Under the pieces are notes generated by a model. The model saw only the letters and a list, made by a program, of their open reading frames with translations, ran no database searches and had not been told where the DNA came from. A stretch of 64,000 nucleotides of DNA from Phoronis australis (taxonomy: Eukaryota; Animalia; Phoronida): assembly GCA_002633005.1 (NCBI GenBank), contig NMRA01000426.1, positions 65,481 through 129,480 of the forward strand. Direction: 5' to 3'. Position numbers and translations under genes: made by a program. Each line of letters starts with the position of its first letter. Position 1 is the first letter of the stretch. Positions 26,368 to 38,781 of this stretch are shown piece after piece.

Positions 26368-27774
26368 CCGTATTCGCCGTAATAACCGCCCATGGCGCTT
26401 AGAAAAGTTCGGTTCAGGGGGGGCGCTTATTATAACCCAAGGCGGTTGAAACCCGGTCTCCGAAACGGGTGAAATCGGAAGCTAAGATTCATAAAATTTA
26501 CGCTCTGTGACATATATGTAATCTATGAAAGACTTTCAACAAAACTGTGGTGCATTGCTATCAAACTTTGCAGCTAAATTACGACCATTTTACAGAAAAT
26601 TGTGCTGAAATTCCAGGGCGAAAACTCGCCGACTGACTGCCTCGAAATCGCCGTCTTCGATATGGCGATTTCTATGCTTGAATAAAAATGGTTTTGACTC
26701 AAGCAACTTACCTGAAATCCTCATTAAGTTTTATAAGTAGCATCTCTAAGATTTTTTAAGTTCCCGTGGTGTCTGGATTAACGGCAGGTTTAAGTACAAA
26801 TCTGTGCATCTACATGTATGATCGGCAACACGGCGAGAAAAATGTCTGGACGAACAAACATGTTGTTGTCACGTGACGCTTGTTTTGAAGTTCGTCTGCG
26901 AATAAGCGAGCGCGTGCGTATCACCAGAGTTCATTTGCCAAAGCAGAGACCGTCTTTTGGCCAGAGGCATGCAATCTAACTAGCTAGATGTGTCTAAAGA
27001 AATTTGCACAGGCAGTAGGCCTAAACCAGAGCGTGTTTCATTCAGCACTTGCCGGTCTCGTGCTAAAAACTTTCGACATTTGTCTCGGTAAGGCCCATAT
27101 TAGTCGCCGTGTAGCTGGATGCGTACGTAACTATCTGACAGTTATTTTTCGGTGTAAGGGTGTGTAAGCATTCACTGTCAGTTGTCACTTTATCGGATGT
27201 TCGGCTTAAAAACACCAATTATGGTTAATCAAACAATACATCTCAAAAATAACGCAAACATGTTTTATAGTATTAGAAATTGTCGGAAATTAGTGCCAAT
27301 ATTCATTTCTTATCGATGCTATGCTACCCGTTTCATGAATGGAAAATTCCCGACTAAGGTCTTTGATGACAGGTTCATGTATGTAGCGCGCGCGCTTCCT
27401 GGCCACGTGCGTTTAACACCGAGTTATTTTTATTCATGAGACAGTCGATGTGTCTACCGAAAGGTCAGACCATAGAGTGGGACACGGTCGTCGCGAGAGA
27501 GTAGCAACGCTGTTGCGTTCTTTTTGAAGCGCTGCGTTACTTTGAAGTGTAAAGTCACGGCTAAATACAAACGTAGCAGTGCCGCTGGTGGTCTAGAAGA
27601 CCCGTGCAAAACTTTTTTGATAAATTGAAGACGTTACTGTAGCTGAGTTTTAGGACTGTAGGTACGTCATTGTTCCCGTGTATACGTTCATGGACTGGGC
27701 GCTTATTTCAGCAAAGTCTGAAAACGCGTGGGGGGCGCTTATAGGGGCTTGGGCGGTTATTACGGCGAATACGG
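26368..27774 (+). mobile_element. Tc1/mariner-superfamily-like non-autonomous TIR element with a HIRAN-like remnant
   Basis: Perfect 25-bp TIR CCGTATTCGCCGTAATAACCGCCCA and TA TSD; 27515-27610 translates AFFLKRCVTLKCKVTAKYKRSSAAGGLEDPCK. Confidence 0.88.
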
Positions 27775-28682
27775 TACACTGGAAGTGGCACCTGGTCCAG
27801 GAGAAAAACAAACGAAACCAGACAAACCTTCTGGTTTCATTTTAAGTTAATTTACTGCAAAAACAACCAATCATTTCTTGTCCTGTTTATCACTCCAGTC
27901 TCTGAAAGTCTCATCTTGTCAAACTGAGTACTAGTAATGACAAATCAATGACAACTGAACCTGAAGCTAACTATATCTTTCCTCATTAAATGAACAAAAC
28001 GATGAAAAACAATGAAGATTCAGATACACATCTGCCACAGGTGTAAAAGCAACCAGACTAAAAACGTCGTCAGTAAGATCAGGTTGACAGAGACAAATGA
28101 GTAAATTCAACAACCGTAACCTAATGTTTGTTGGCTCTTCTTACATACATAAAAAGCTTACAAAGCTAAAATATGTTCTGATTATTTAACATTCTAACTA
28201 GAAAACAACACAAAATATTGAAAATACCTCCAGGACACCAGCGTAAGTTTTTTGAAAATTGACAGAGCTATCCTCTCGTACATAAACATCTGACATAAAT
28301 ATTATGAATTAATCAGCACAGTTAATACAATAACATGGATAAGTTAATACAACATGGACGTGTTAATATAGTAACTGTCACTTAATAATGAGAAGATTCA
28401 AAGACGATCTGCTCAATAATATACAATAACAAGAACTCTTTGTTTAACAACACAATGACTGCCACGGAAATTGTTAAGGTTTTGGGGTCTCATTTTCCAT
28501 GAAATTGGGTGAGAATCAAATGTAAAGCACGGGTATATCGTCAGAAAATGCTCCTTTAATATCAGACCTATGAGTGTATTTGCAGATGGGCGTATCTGCA
28601 GAAAACTTAGGTACTATAAACTTGGTCCTTAGTTTCACCAGAGATCTATTACAAGATGGAAATCAAGGAAACCGAGCGTTCA

Positions 28683-30005
28683 CTAGTTTCCCTCATAGGG
28701 GAAACTAAATAGTCCACTTGTGGGTTTATTCGCGGTTGTCGAAAACAGCTATGGCGTCACACTTGGGGGGACAGAACCCGTCTTATTTGCCATCGTGTTG
28801 AATGCAACCTCATTAATGACTCGCGATTTATTATTTCATGTGTCAATAGAAAGTTTTGCGTCGTCGACTGATGCCACAATTTCCTTGGTGGTTGTTAGAT
28901 CGTGGACTCACAGTAAATGGTAGCTAGCCAGCTAACTGTATGAAGACTGGTAAGTACCACTGCGAGTATAGCCTTGGTCCAAAGCTGAATACTAAATATA
29001 CAGCTTTGCACCAATGTAGGTAAAAAACAGACCAAATAAAACTTGACACAATAATTAGTGACATTGAAGCTGCACTAAACTTACCTGTGTTGAAAATTTA
29101 GCTTCTTACTGTTATTCTAAAATTGTGGTGCGACCTTTTGCTTTGGCTTTCGGCGCCATGAAATATTGTGTCACCTATTAGCCAATTTTTTCGCAGATTC
29201 TTCAATCACTGAACTGTTCGTCTCTTCCCGGCACGAGGTTGCGTATATGTCACAATTGAAACTGGTTTCACTTCTTTACAAATTTTTGGTATTTTAATAC
29301 CAGCAAACTGAATTTCAGAACAAATTTTGCTGCTGCAAAGCTGTCATCAACTCCCCAGTAATGTCACAAAATTTTAGGAAATGTTTTTCACTTAAACAGC
29401 TGCAACGGGCGAGGTGAGTATCGGTTGACTCCCAGATTTGCATGCAGCCCCCGCCAGTCGTTAGTTATACATGTTAATATAACAAAGTTTTACAATGACT
29501 GAGGTGATGAGTAGAACTACCCAGGCTGTGAGAAAATTCGGGGTCTAACGGAGGTTAAAACATAGTGCTACCTAGCTATATTTTGACAATCATACAGCTA
29601 GCTGGCTGGCTAAACACATGGTGGTACCTAGCTATATTTTGACAATCATACAGCTAGCTGGCTGGCTAAACACATGGTGCTACCTAGCTATATTTTGACG
29701 ATATTCTTCATACAGCTAACTGACTGGCTACACTGTGTGTTGAGTTTCGGTACCCCATGCCATACTGGACGCTGTATCTTGAATCACTGTTGCAAGTTCC
29801 GTAACAACAATGTTTTACGGGCATTTTACAGGACATAGTGACTTAACACCAGTATGACACACTTTATATCATGGATTTTCAGTACTAACGAAATGTTACA
29901 ATGCAAGTATGTAATATGACTGTAAGATTTATAAGTCGAAGCTATCGACATCCAACTATAGTGGGACATGAGATGAACTATCAATTCTCCCTATTCTGTC
30001 CCGTT
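28683..30005. mobile_element. Possible rolling-circle (Helitron/HINE-like) element with internal 56-bp tandem repeat
   Basis: Hairpin TAGTTTCCC-N6-GGGAAACTA at 28684-28707 overlapping CTAG; tandem repeat at 29567-29730; the other boundary is uncertain. Confidence 0.35.
29567..29730. repeat. ~56-bp tandem repeat x3
   Basis: Unit TACCTAGCTATATTTTGACAATCATACAGCTAGCTGGCTGGCTAAACACATGGTG(G/C). Confidence 0.9.
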
Positions 30006-33000
30006 TCCGGACATTTCTATCTCGTCTCACGTTTACACGCGTGATGATACAACACACACTAAGTGGTCTATTACTCTGTAGTAGACATTGCAAGATGGTA
30101 CTTTTCACATGAAATTTTTTAAAAGATGTTTTGACGAGTTTTCGTGTTCCATGCCTCTTTAAAATCTGCCTTAATTTCCCAACGGGAAAATTAAAAACGA
30201 CAATGATGGATGTGTTAAAAGGACTAAACATCTTTGGCCAATAAATATGCAAACCAGTAAACAGACATGGACAATTCCAGTTGTGACGGACGTACAATCA
30301 CAGAACATTTTGATCAACTGTGAAAAATTGTTCATCCTAGGAAAATAATTAATACATCACTTGATAGGTCTCACTGATAGCTTTCAAAGCATGTATCAAC
30401 TTTTCTCCTATCTTTTAATCTGACTGAGAAAATTGCCTTTAAAGGGGTGTGAAGGATGTACGCAGAGAATTTGAATTTTTAAAAAATTTTTTAACATTAA
30501 TTTTCTGTGAGTTGCATTAAGTTACAATTTTTTGTTTTATATGATGGTATAGTAGTATGTTTGCAAAGTACACAACACTTAAATGTTTTTGATGATATCT
30601 TTCAAGAAATTTTTGTCAGACATCTCGATATGAGTTGAGTTAGTGTTATGTACCTACGTGACGGACATAACATCTGAATTTCTAGTACTAAATTGTTTGT
30701 TGTGACTAAGATATCAACTTAAAATGATTCAAGCTTTTGCAGTATTTAAGCTATATTTGTCTTTTGCTACTAATTCAATGTTTTTTAATTAAAATGTACC
30801 GATTGACCTTTCATACGAAATCATTACAGGTAGGCCTATGCTAGGAATATACTCTGGGATTGTAATTTTTCAATACTTTTGAATAAAGATTTAAAACAAC
30901 CACCTAAAATCTTCGCTTCCCTTTGAAGATGGTCGATGGTGGAAATGAGAGTGAAAATCATTTTGTATTTGACAACTACTAGTTACCGGGAAAACCTGTT
31001 TTTATGTGTTAAATAGAATATTAATTCAAAACCAATAAATAAATGCGACTGTCAAAACATAAAATCTGAAATAAAATTTTAAAACATTACTAACCAGTCA
31101 TAAAAACACATTTTAATTAATTTTTTTTCAAATTAGAACTCGCACTAAGCTTGCATAAAATTATTCTCTGGACCATGCCGTTGATGGTTCTGATGAATGC
31201 CATGTAAGTAATAATCATTGGTTTTTTTAAAAAGTATTAGTAACAGGACTTCAGTATCTTCTTAAAACAAAGTGTGAAGCATGGTTTAGTAGACAACATC
31301 GACTTTTGGCATTCATATTCAGATCACCTGTGCTGTCTGTGAAAGCAAGACATTTTTTAATTAATTGCATTTAGGATTATGATTTAGGAATATGTAGAAC
31401 TAACTTATCAGATGTTGGTTTCTACTTAGTGATTAGCATGATTAAGTTTTCATCCAGCTCTTTAACTCATGCCTTCTTTCAAATTTAAGGAGAGATTGCT
31501 TTAAATAATGTAACATCACAGTACGCACAAGTACAATTATGACTTTCTTGATCCACGATGGCATTTTTTTTGAGTTTCAAAGATTATTCGGGCAGGTATT
31601 TATTCTTCTCCCAGTTGCATATGTTCTTTTGGTGGTCTCCAACAATTTCCTCTATCGTTTCTAAATGCCGATTTAACCTCCTAGAAGCTCAGCAGAAAAA
31701 AAATTAGTTAATTCTTATGAAAAATTAAGGGATCAAAAATACGCAAGATGAGACAATATAATCATTTGCTTTCATCATTTCATACAAGCCACCCAACGAC
31801 CCAATACACTGAAAAACACAAAAGGTGAATACAATCAGTGGGGATGTGACAAAAATGCCCAATAAAGTAGGTGAAAAGTTCCTACAGCTTAAAAATGCCC
31901 AGTATTGGCTTCTTCAACACCCTACACAACATAGCAGGTCAGAGCAGAAATAACATGTTGATTCCAGCACAGTTAAAGCAAGTTGACATGGATTCCTTTA
32001 GGTCTCTTGTTATTTATACTCTAGAGCACCTTAGGAATTCTTTTGTATGAAGATTTTTGCATCTTGAATTTCCCAAAAGCTAACTAAAGCATTTCTTTAC
32101 AAACACGCGGTAACAACAGATAAACAATATGTTCATAAAATTAGCATTTTGTTTTTTTTTACATTTGATAATGTGGTCCAACTGTCTGATTTTAATAAGC
32201 TGAATTCTACTAAGACAATTAGATGACATTGCAAACTATAACTTTTCTGCAAATACTTTTGAAATTGAAAAAATCCAATGCATTTAGTTTAAATCTGTAG
32301 CAACTTATTCACACAATTTTAAAGCTGCCTTTGTAATATTGTCACTGTTTTAAATTTCTTAGGTGTGTAAATTTGCTGTACGCCTGTCACGCAATTTCTG
32401 ACTTAACGAATTATCCCTGGGATCTAAAATTTTGGTCAATAGTACTGAGTAACAAGTTAAAAAAAATCTGAAATTATTTTAATTTTGATTGAAAACTTTT
32501 AACGTAACTAAACTTTTTAACACTTTTTTGTGATGGACGTATGGCACCACCATATCCAGGGGTTGACCTTTGACCCCGAGAGGTCGATGATGTGCCAAAG
32601 TTGAAATGTTATTTTTTATAAAGTTTGGGGTTCATGTGATTGCACAAATTTGATAGTATAGTGAAATACCCATAATAAGCTTTTTTCTGAAAATAATTAG
32701 CAACACACATGAAAATCAAGCACATTATTTAGGGTCAAGTGACCCCCAAAAATGGGTCCATTTAGGCAAAAAATTGAAAGTTATAGGTCAGTCAAATATG
32801 GATCCTGAAACTAGAGAGAATGGGCTTTCAGATGAGACCAAAAATGTTAGTGTAGTCACAATTTTAATTTTTTTGTCTCGAATTGATGTCAATTCGCTAC
32901 GTGGAGCAAGATGTGCTGCGTTTGAAAATATTAGAGTCCCTTTTAATTGCTTTTGAGAAGCCTATTTTGAATGAGCAGCAAACAGGGTCGCGCCGCACGT

Positions 33001-33759
33001 TACACTTATTTGCGTGACTTTCCCGTTACCTCAATTCATTAGTCATTCTTTGCAGTATTTCACACCCGCTGTGTCTCACTGTGTGTGTCGTCAGCTTATA
33101 CTCTGTGGTGGCATTACTGCGTCATTTTATCTTCACTTGAGAATGAAACAACTATGTTTCGAAATATCGAGTGTCTTTTAATTATGTTGCTAGGTCAGTT
33201 ACTGTATCTATGTTCAGTTGAGAGTAGTTTTGTTCCGTAAGTATGAACGCAACGGAATAAAGACTGTGAACAATGAAAAGTGTCGTGCATTTAACAATAA
33301 CCGAAAACTTGCTCCCGAAGTACAGTCAGTTCAAGTTACACGACTTATTTTTAATTAACTTGTCAAACAGAAAGCCTCCAGGTCATTGACACACACCGTT
33401 TTCAGTACATATAAATGAACGCCTTGTTAACAACTAAGATCAGAAATAGAAAAAATCAATAAAGAAATTTCCAGCAGTTGATCGACTCCTGAAGTCTAAT
33501 TAACAACAGGTGTTCAACACACTGTTCACAAAGATGACTCTGATTTGAAAATGTTGCATCTTAAAAGTTCATCCTTTAACTTAACTTATTGATTACATGC
33601 AAACAACGCTAAGGTAAAGTCACTTCTCCATGACAGCCACAAAACACATTTTTAGGATGGATAAAAGTTGGATGGTATAGACTTGTTGAAGTTGTTCACT
33701 TTGACGAGAGCTGTAAAACAACAAAATCTGTGGTATTTTTGTGACTTCATTACAAATGT

Positions 33760-34140
33760 CAAAAATAGGACACTAGGTGGCGCAGAATATGTAGAAATTG
33801 TCAGGAAATGGGAAGGTCTCATCTTCCTCATGGGAACTCAATTGCAGAACTCCATGAATTTTGAAGGGCAAAAATAGAGTTGCTATCATGCGTAGTGGTA
33901 GTCGGATTTGTCAAAAAGAAATTGTCACGCGTTTCCACATTCATAGGAATGCAAATGCCACATTTCAGAAAGATCCTACAAGGGGTTTGGAAGCTACAGC
34001 TGTGGATGCAAAAACGTTCCACTAGGGGGCACAGCGATAGTCGGAGCCATCCAAAAAGTTGTGAGCAGCCATTGTCACATTTACACCAGGTCCTGCAAAA
34101 ATTGACAGAGATCCTACAAAGACAGCCATGGTTACAAAAC
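33760..34140 (-). mobile_element. Fragment of the same HINE central repeat
   Basis: GGACACTAGGTGGCGC and TCCACTAGGGGGCAC motifs in the repeat context (AAGATCCT, ACAGC). Confidence 0.55.
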
Positions 34141-34885
34141 AAAATCATTACAAACCAATACCTTTATGGTTTCAACATGCACTCAGACATCCACCTCACT
34201 TGGAGCAAGAAATATCGAACTAAGATATATAGCAAAAATTTGAAATCTTATCAAAACTAAAGTGCTTTTTCCGAAACGCCGATTCTACGTTTGATATAAA
34301 AACCTTTTAATACTTTACCCCATCTTACCTATGAAAGTACATGTTGAGGATTCAACAATAGCCATCCTTAAAAAATTTGAAAGAAAAAAGCATTCAGACA
34401 CTTAATGAAGTCACTTTTTCGCACATAGCGATCAATTATTGAAATCTCTGAACTTTCTGTCTATTGAAGGCTTGTTTACATTGTTTTGTTTCAAATTTCT
34501 ACATAAGTTGTCTAATCCCCTTCTACAACTCTTCAGATTTTCGAGCAATAACAAACACCACCTCCAACAAACAAGAGCAACGCGGAGCGTTGAAATACAC
34601 CCACGAATGCATCGCAAACGGCGTGCTTATAGGGTTGTTTATTTTTGTCATAAAAATGGCCACAAGATGGCACAAAAACGTACAATCCATCCGAAAATGA
34701 GAACATGTCATAGCACCTTTAATCATAGAAAGCTATTCACCAAATTTATAGAAATCTGTCACGGAACTTCAGAGAAACAAAAAAACATAATAAAATGAAA
34801 TTGCCACTGGGGGGCACAGTGTTCATTGGGTCTGCCTGAAAGTCGTTATTGTCTGTTGTTAGCTTCATATAAATACACTTACTAA

Positions 34886-35848
34886 CATCAAATTTACACA
34901 GGAACCCTGTAAAGATGGCAAGCTACCTTTTCTTGACTGTTTAGTCTCCATTAAACAGGACAGATCATTTGACACAAAGGTTTACTGCAAGAATACTCAC
35001 ACTGACCACTATCTTCAATTTGACTCGAACCATCCACAAGCTGGGTGTGATTCGCACTTTGAACCACAGAGCTAACACCATCATTTGTGATCCCTCGACC
35101 ATTTCTAAGGAAGTGAACTACACTAAAGATGCTCTTGCCAAATGCGGTTATCCACGTTGGTCGTTCACCAAAGCGGAAAGATCAGAGAGGAGAAAAGTAA
35201 ACACTCAGACAACCAATAATGTTAGTTCTCCTAGTTGTGTGGTGAATCCTTACGTCCAGGGCCTGTCTGACTGCCTCAAGAGGACATTTAAACAGTTTGA
35301 CATTTCTATCATCCACAAACCCTTTAATTCTCTCTGCAGCCAACTGGTTAATGTCAAGGACAAGACACCCAAGGTGAATAAACCATGTGTTGTCTATGGT
35401 GTCCAGTGTAAGGATGTCCAGTGCTCAGACAGTTACATTGGTGAAACGAAACAGTCCATTAAAATGCTTATGTCACAACATCCTCGTCCTAGTTATGAGG
35501 ACATTTATGATTCGTATATTTTTAGCCACATGGGCGCCACTGGACATGATTTCAATACGGATGATGTCACTGTCTTAGACTGTGAGGAAGACTGGTTCAA
35601 AAGGGGTGTAAAGGAATCTCTCCATGAGCGCATTGAGTCCCTCTTTAAATAAAAGAGGCGGTTTAAGATTCGATTTGTCACAAGTATGGGATGGTGTACT
35701 GATGTCAATGCCGCACCGTTTAGCCAAAACGCCACCAATTGGCCAGAGTAACGATAACGTCACAAGCCAAGCTGAAGTCCGTGAGATGCGGACGCAACGT
35801 CGCTAATTTTTGTAAGTTTTTATTCCAGTATTAGACTCAAACGTGATC
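34886..35848 (+). mobile_element. 5'-truncated Penelope-like retroelement (RT end, GIY-YIG endonuclease, pLTR)
   Basis: LPFLDCL, HTDHYL, VVYGVQCKD..CSDSYIGETKQ, EEDWFKRGVKE, SLNKRGGLR; 12-bp TSD TACACTTACTAA (34874-34885, 35849-35860). Confidence 0.9.
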
Positions 35849-36764
35849 TACACTTACTAAAATTAATAAAGATCCAGCAGTGGGTTTAGGAGATATAGCA
35901 ATGGGCACAAAACAAAACTACCATTGGAGATGCCACGGTAGTCAAATTCGTCACCGTCAACCATCCTCTTCACACAGAGAACATGAATGCCAATTTTCAA
36001 AACCATCCTTCAAATGATTTGATAGAGGAGTGGACGCCAAAAAACAGACTCGAAAACAGCAAAAAATGGCCACTAGGTGGCGCAAAGTACCTCCATTCCA
36101 TCCAAAAACGGGAAGATAGCGTCATCTCATCAATAGATGCCAGCATTCAAAATTTTATGAAAATGCGTTGAGGATCCTTGAAGATACAGAGGTAAACGTA
36201 AAATCTAGAATTGCCAGTAGGGGGCACACCAGTAGTCAGATCTGTCCAAAAGTCATCATTTTTCTTTGTCAACATCACATAAATACGCTTGTTAAATTTA
36301 GTAAAGATCCTGCAAATGGTTTAAGAGATACAGCCAAGGGCGCAAAAAAACGAAACTGCCACTAGGAGACACCACAGTAGCTGAAGTCATTGGAAAGTCA
36401 TCATCAGTGGTCCACTTCATAGAAAAACATACAAGCCAATTTTCATTTATTGAAAGCGGTTTGGTTGATAGAGGGGTGGACGTCAAAAAACAAACTCAAA
36501 AACGGTAACAATGGCCACTAAAGTCGAATCCATCTGAAAACGGAAAGCACAGCGTCATCACACTAACAAGCCTGTGTGCCAAATTTTTTGAAAATACATT
36601 GAGGACCTTTGAACATACAGAGGTTAACATAAAAAAACTAAAACTGCCACCAGGGGGCACACCAGTAGTCAAATCCGTCTGAAAGTCGACGTCGTCCTGT
36701 GTCAACATCATAATAAATGCAGTTACTAAATTTAGTAAATATCCTGCAAATGGTAGGAGATATA

Positions 36765-36976
36765 CCGTATTCGCCGTAATAACCGCCCAGGGCGCTTAGA
36801 AAAGTTCGGTTCAAGGGGGGCGCTTATTATAACCCAAGGCGGTTGAAACCCGGTCTCCGAAACGGGTGAAATCGGAAGCTAAGATTCATCAAATTTACGT
36901 TCTCTGACGTATCTGTAATCTATGAAAGACTTCCAACAAAACTGTTGTGCATTGCTATCAAACTTTGCTGCTAAAT
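36765..36976 (+). mobile_element. Left end of another 26368-type TIR element, cut off by N at 36977
   Basis: Near-identical to 26368-26580 and preceded by TA. Confidence 0.85.
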
Positions 36977-37719
36977 NGTTTATAGTAAGAACATACATGC
37001 CAATTTCCACAATCATCCTTTGGTTGATACAGGGGTGGACGCCTAAAAACAGACTCAAAACCAGTAAAAATGGCCACTAGGTGGTGCAAATTACGTCAAA
37101 TCTATCCGAAAACGGGAGGATAGCATCATCGCACATGACAAATTTTATGAAAATATGCTGAAGACCTTTGGAGATACATAGGTAAGCGTACAAAACCAAA
37201 ATTGCCACCAGGGGACACACCGGTAATCGAATCCGTCTGAAAGTCTGCTCATGCCGTCCCATCCATGAAGGGAACACATGCAAAATTTCATGAACATACG
37301 TCAACCGGTTTTGGAGTTAGAGCAGCGGACACTGGACGGATGCCGCCCAGACGGACGGACGGACAGAGATGACGGCATAATGCGTCCACATATAAATATG
37401 TGGGCGCATAAAAATAACAACTAAGCCTTCAAAGTTCAAAGCTTTCAACTATGTAATACCTATAATCAGCAGGTTCAAATGTACCCATGCAAACTTACAA
37501 TATTTTCACTAAAGAAACAACTACAAGGAAGCCACAGACCACAATTCCCGCGACTGATGTTTTGTGAGAGTTGCACACGTGCACTTAATCATTTGTACAA
37601 GTATACGTGAGTGAAAATCAATAAGAGGACATGCAGGAAAATCAAACAGATTCCAGACAAAAATAATTGGCAACTGCTCTTTATTTTTCAATGTCTTTTA
37701 ACATTGTTGTGAATGCTCA

Positions 37720-37977
37720 GAATGTTTTGTAGAACAAACCTCTTGATATTCCTTACAATGTTTTGTAGAACAAACCTCTTGATATTCCTTACAATGTTTT
37801 ACAAAACAAACCTCTTGATATTCCTTACAATGTTTTGTACTAGAACAAACCTCTTGATATCCCTTACAATGTTTTGTACTAGAACAAACCTCTTGATATC
37901 CCTTACAATGTTTTGTAGAACAAACCTCTTGATATTCCTTACAATGTTTTGTAGAACAAACCTCGATATCCCTTACA
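37720..37977. repeat. 36/39-bp minisatellite x7
   Basis: Unit AATGTTTTGTAGAACAAACCTCTTGATATTCCTTAC. Confidence 0.95.
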
Positions 37978-38261
37978 AACATAGGAGTTACACACTGAAC
38001 AACATATCTCATTATATACAGTAAGTGTGAAAATCAAGGGGCGAAATGTAAGTCAGGTGAGCACAGCTGACTTGTTGACAATATGCACTATAATATTTCA
38101 TAACATTATTTTTTCAAAATTTAATCAAAATACTTTGAGATGTGTCTAACGACTTGCAAAGCGAAGAGCAAAGAAAAGCTTCTAAATATATATGTAGTAT
38201 TTAGAAAACGCCACCTATTGGAAAGGGACATTAAATTGAAATTATACCATGCTTATGTTAG

Positions 38262-38482
38262 ATCTAACTTTACTTACTGTCCTGTAGCATGGCACATGTG
38301 CAATGTCTAACTTTACTTTCTATATCCTATAGCATGGCACATGTGCAGTGTCTAACTTTACTTACTAACCTACAGCATGGCACATGTGCAGTGTTTAACT
38401 TTCCTTACTCTCCTATAGCATGGCACATGTGCAGTGTCTAAGTTTACTTACTAACCTATAGCACGGCATATGTGCAGTGTTT
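38262..38482. repeat. ~43-bp tandem repeat x5
   Basis: Unit TCTAACTTTACTTACT..CCTATAGCATGGCACATGTGCAGTG. Confidence 0.9.
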
Positions 38483-38781
38483 AAGAATGTTGAAGTGCTC
38501 CAACATAGAGTATCGCATGCTATGAACATTCCCACTAAATAAGATTGGTCCTAACCCCAATGGTCAAGGCAAACGTTGGGGTATGGAAAATTGAACTAGA
38601 CCGTATTTATCCACCTTGGCTGAGTCGCACTCGGCTCACGATCAAAGGGATGCCACCAAGCTGCTCTATTCATCGAGTCACGAGCGAGGATAATTGGCTT
38701 CGATCATGCGGATATGATGAGCTGATTACAATCTACTTAGCAGACTGTACTTTTTATGGAGAGAGTTTTAAGTAGTTTTTA

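Larger units (their letters stand above)
34570..37414 (-). mobile_element. DINE-1/HINE-type element, copy 3 (both ends present; contains Penelope and MITE insertions)
   Basis: Minus strand reads: TTTTT-ATGCGCCCACATATTTATATGTGGACGCAT (subTIR plus inverted partner), (GTCC)n microsatellite, central ~145-bp repeats, 3' subTIR GTGGGTGTAT, stem-loop CAACGC-TCC-GCGTTG, CTCTTGTT. This is the DINE-1/HINE architecture. Confidence 0.82.

Noticed and set aside
37698-38024. Repetitive Cys/His-rich ORF (EVCSTKHCKEYQ)n and its antisense ORF
   Set aside because: The minisatellite unit is a multiple of 3 and open on both strands; there is no splice or other coding support.
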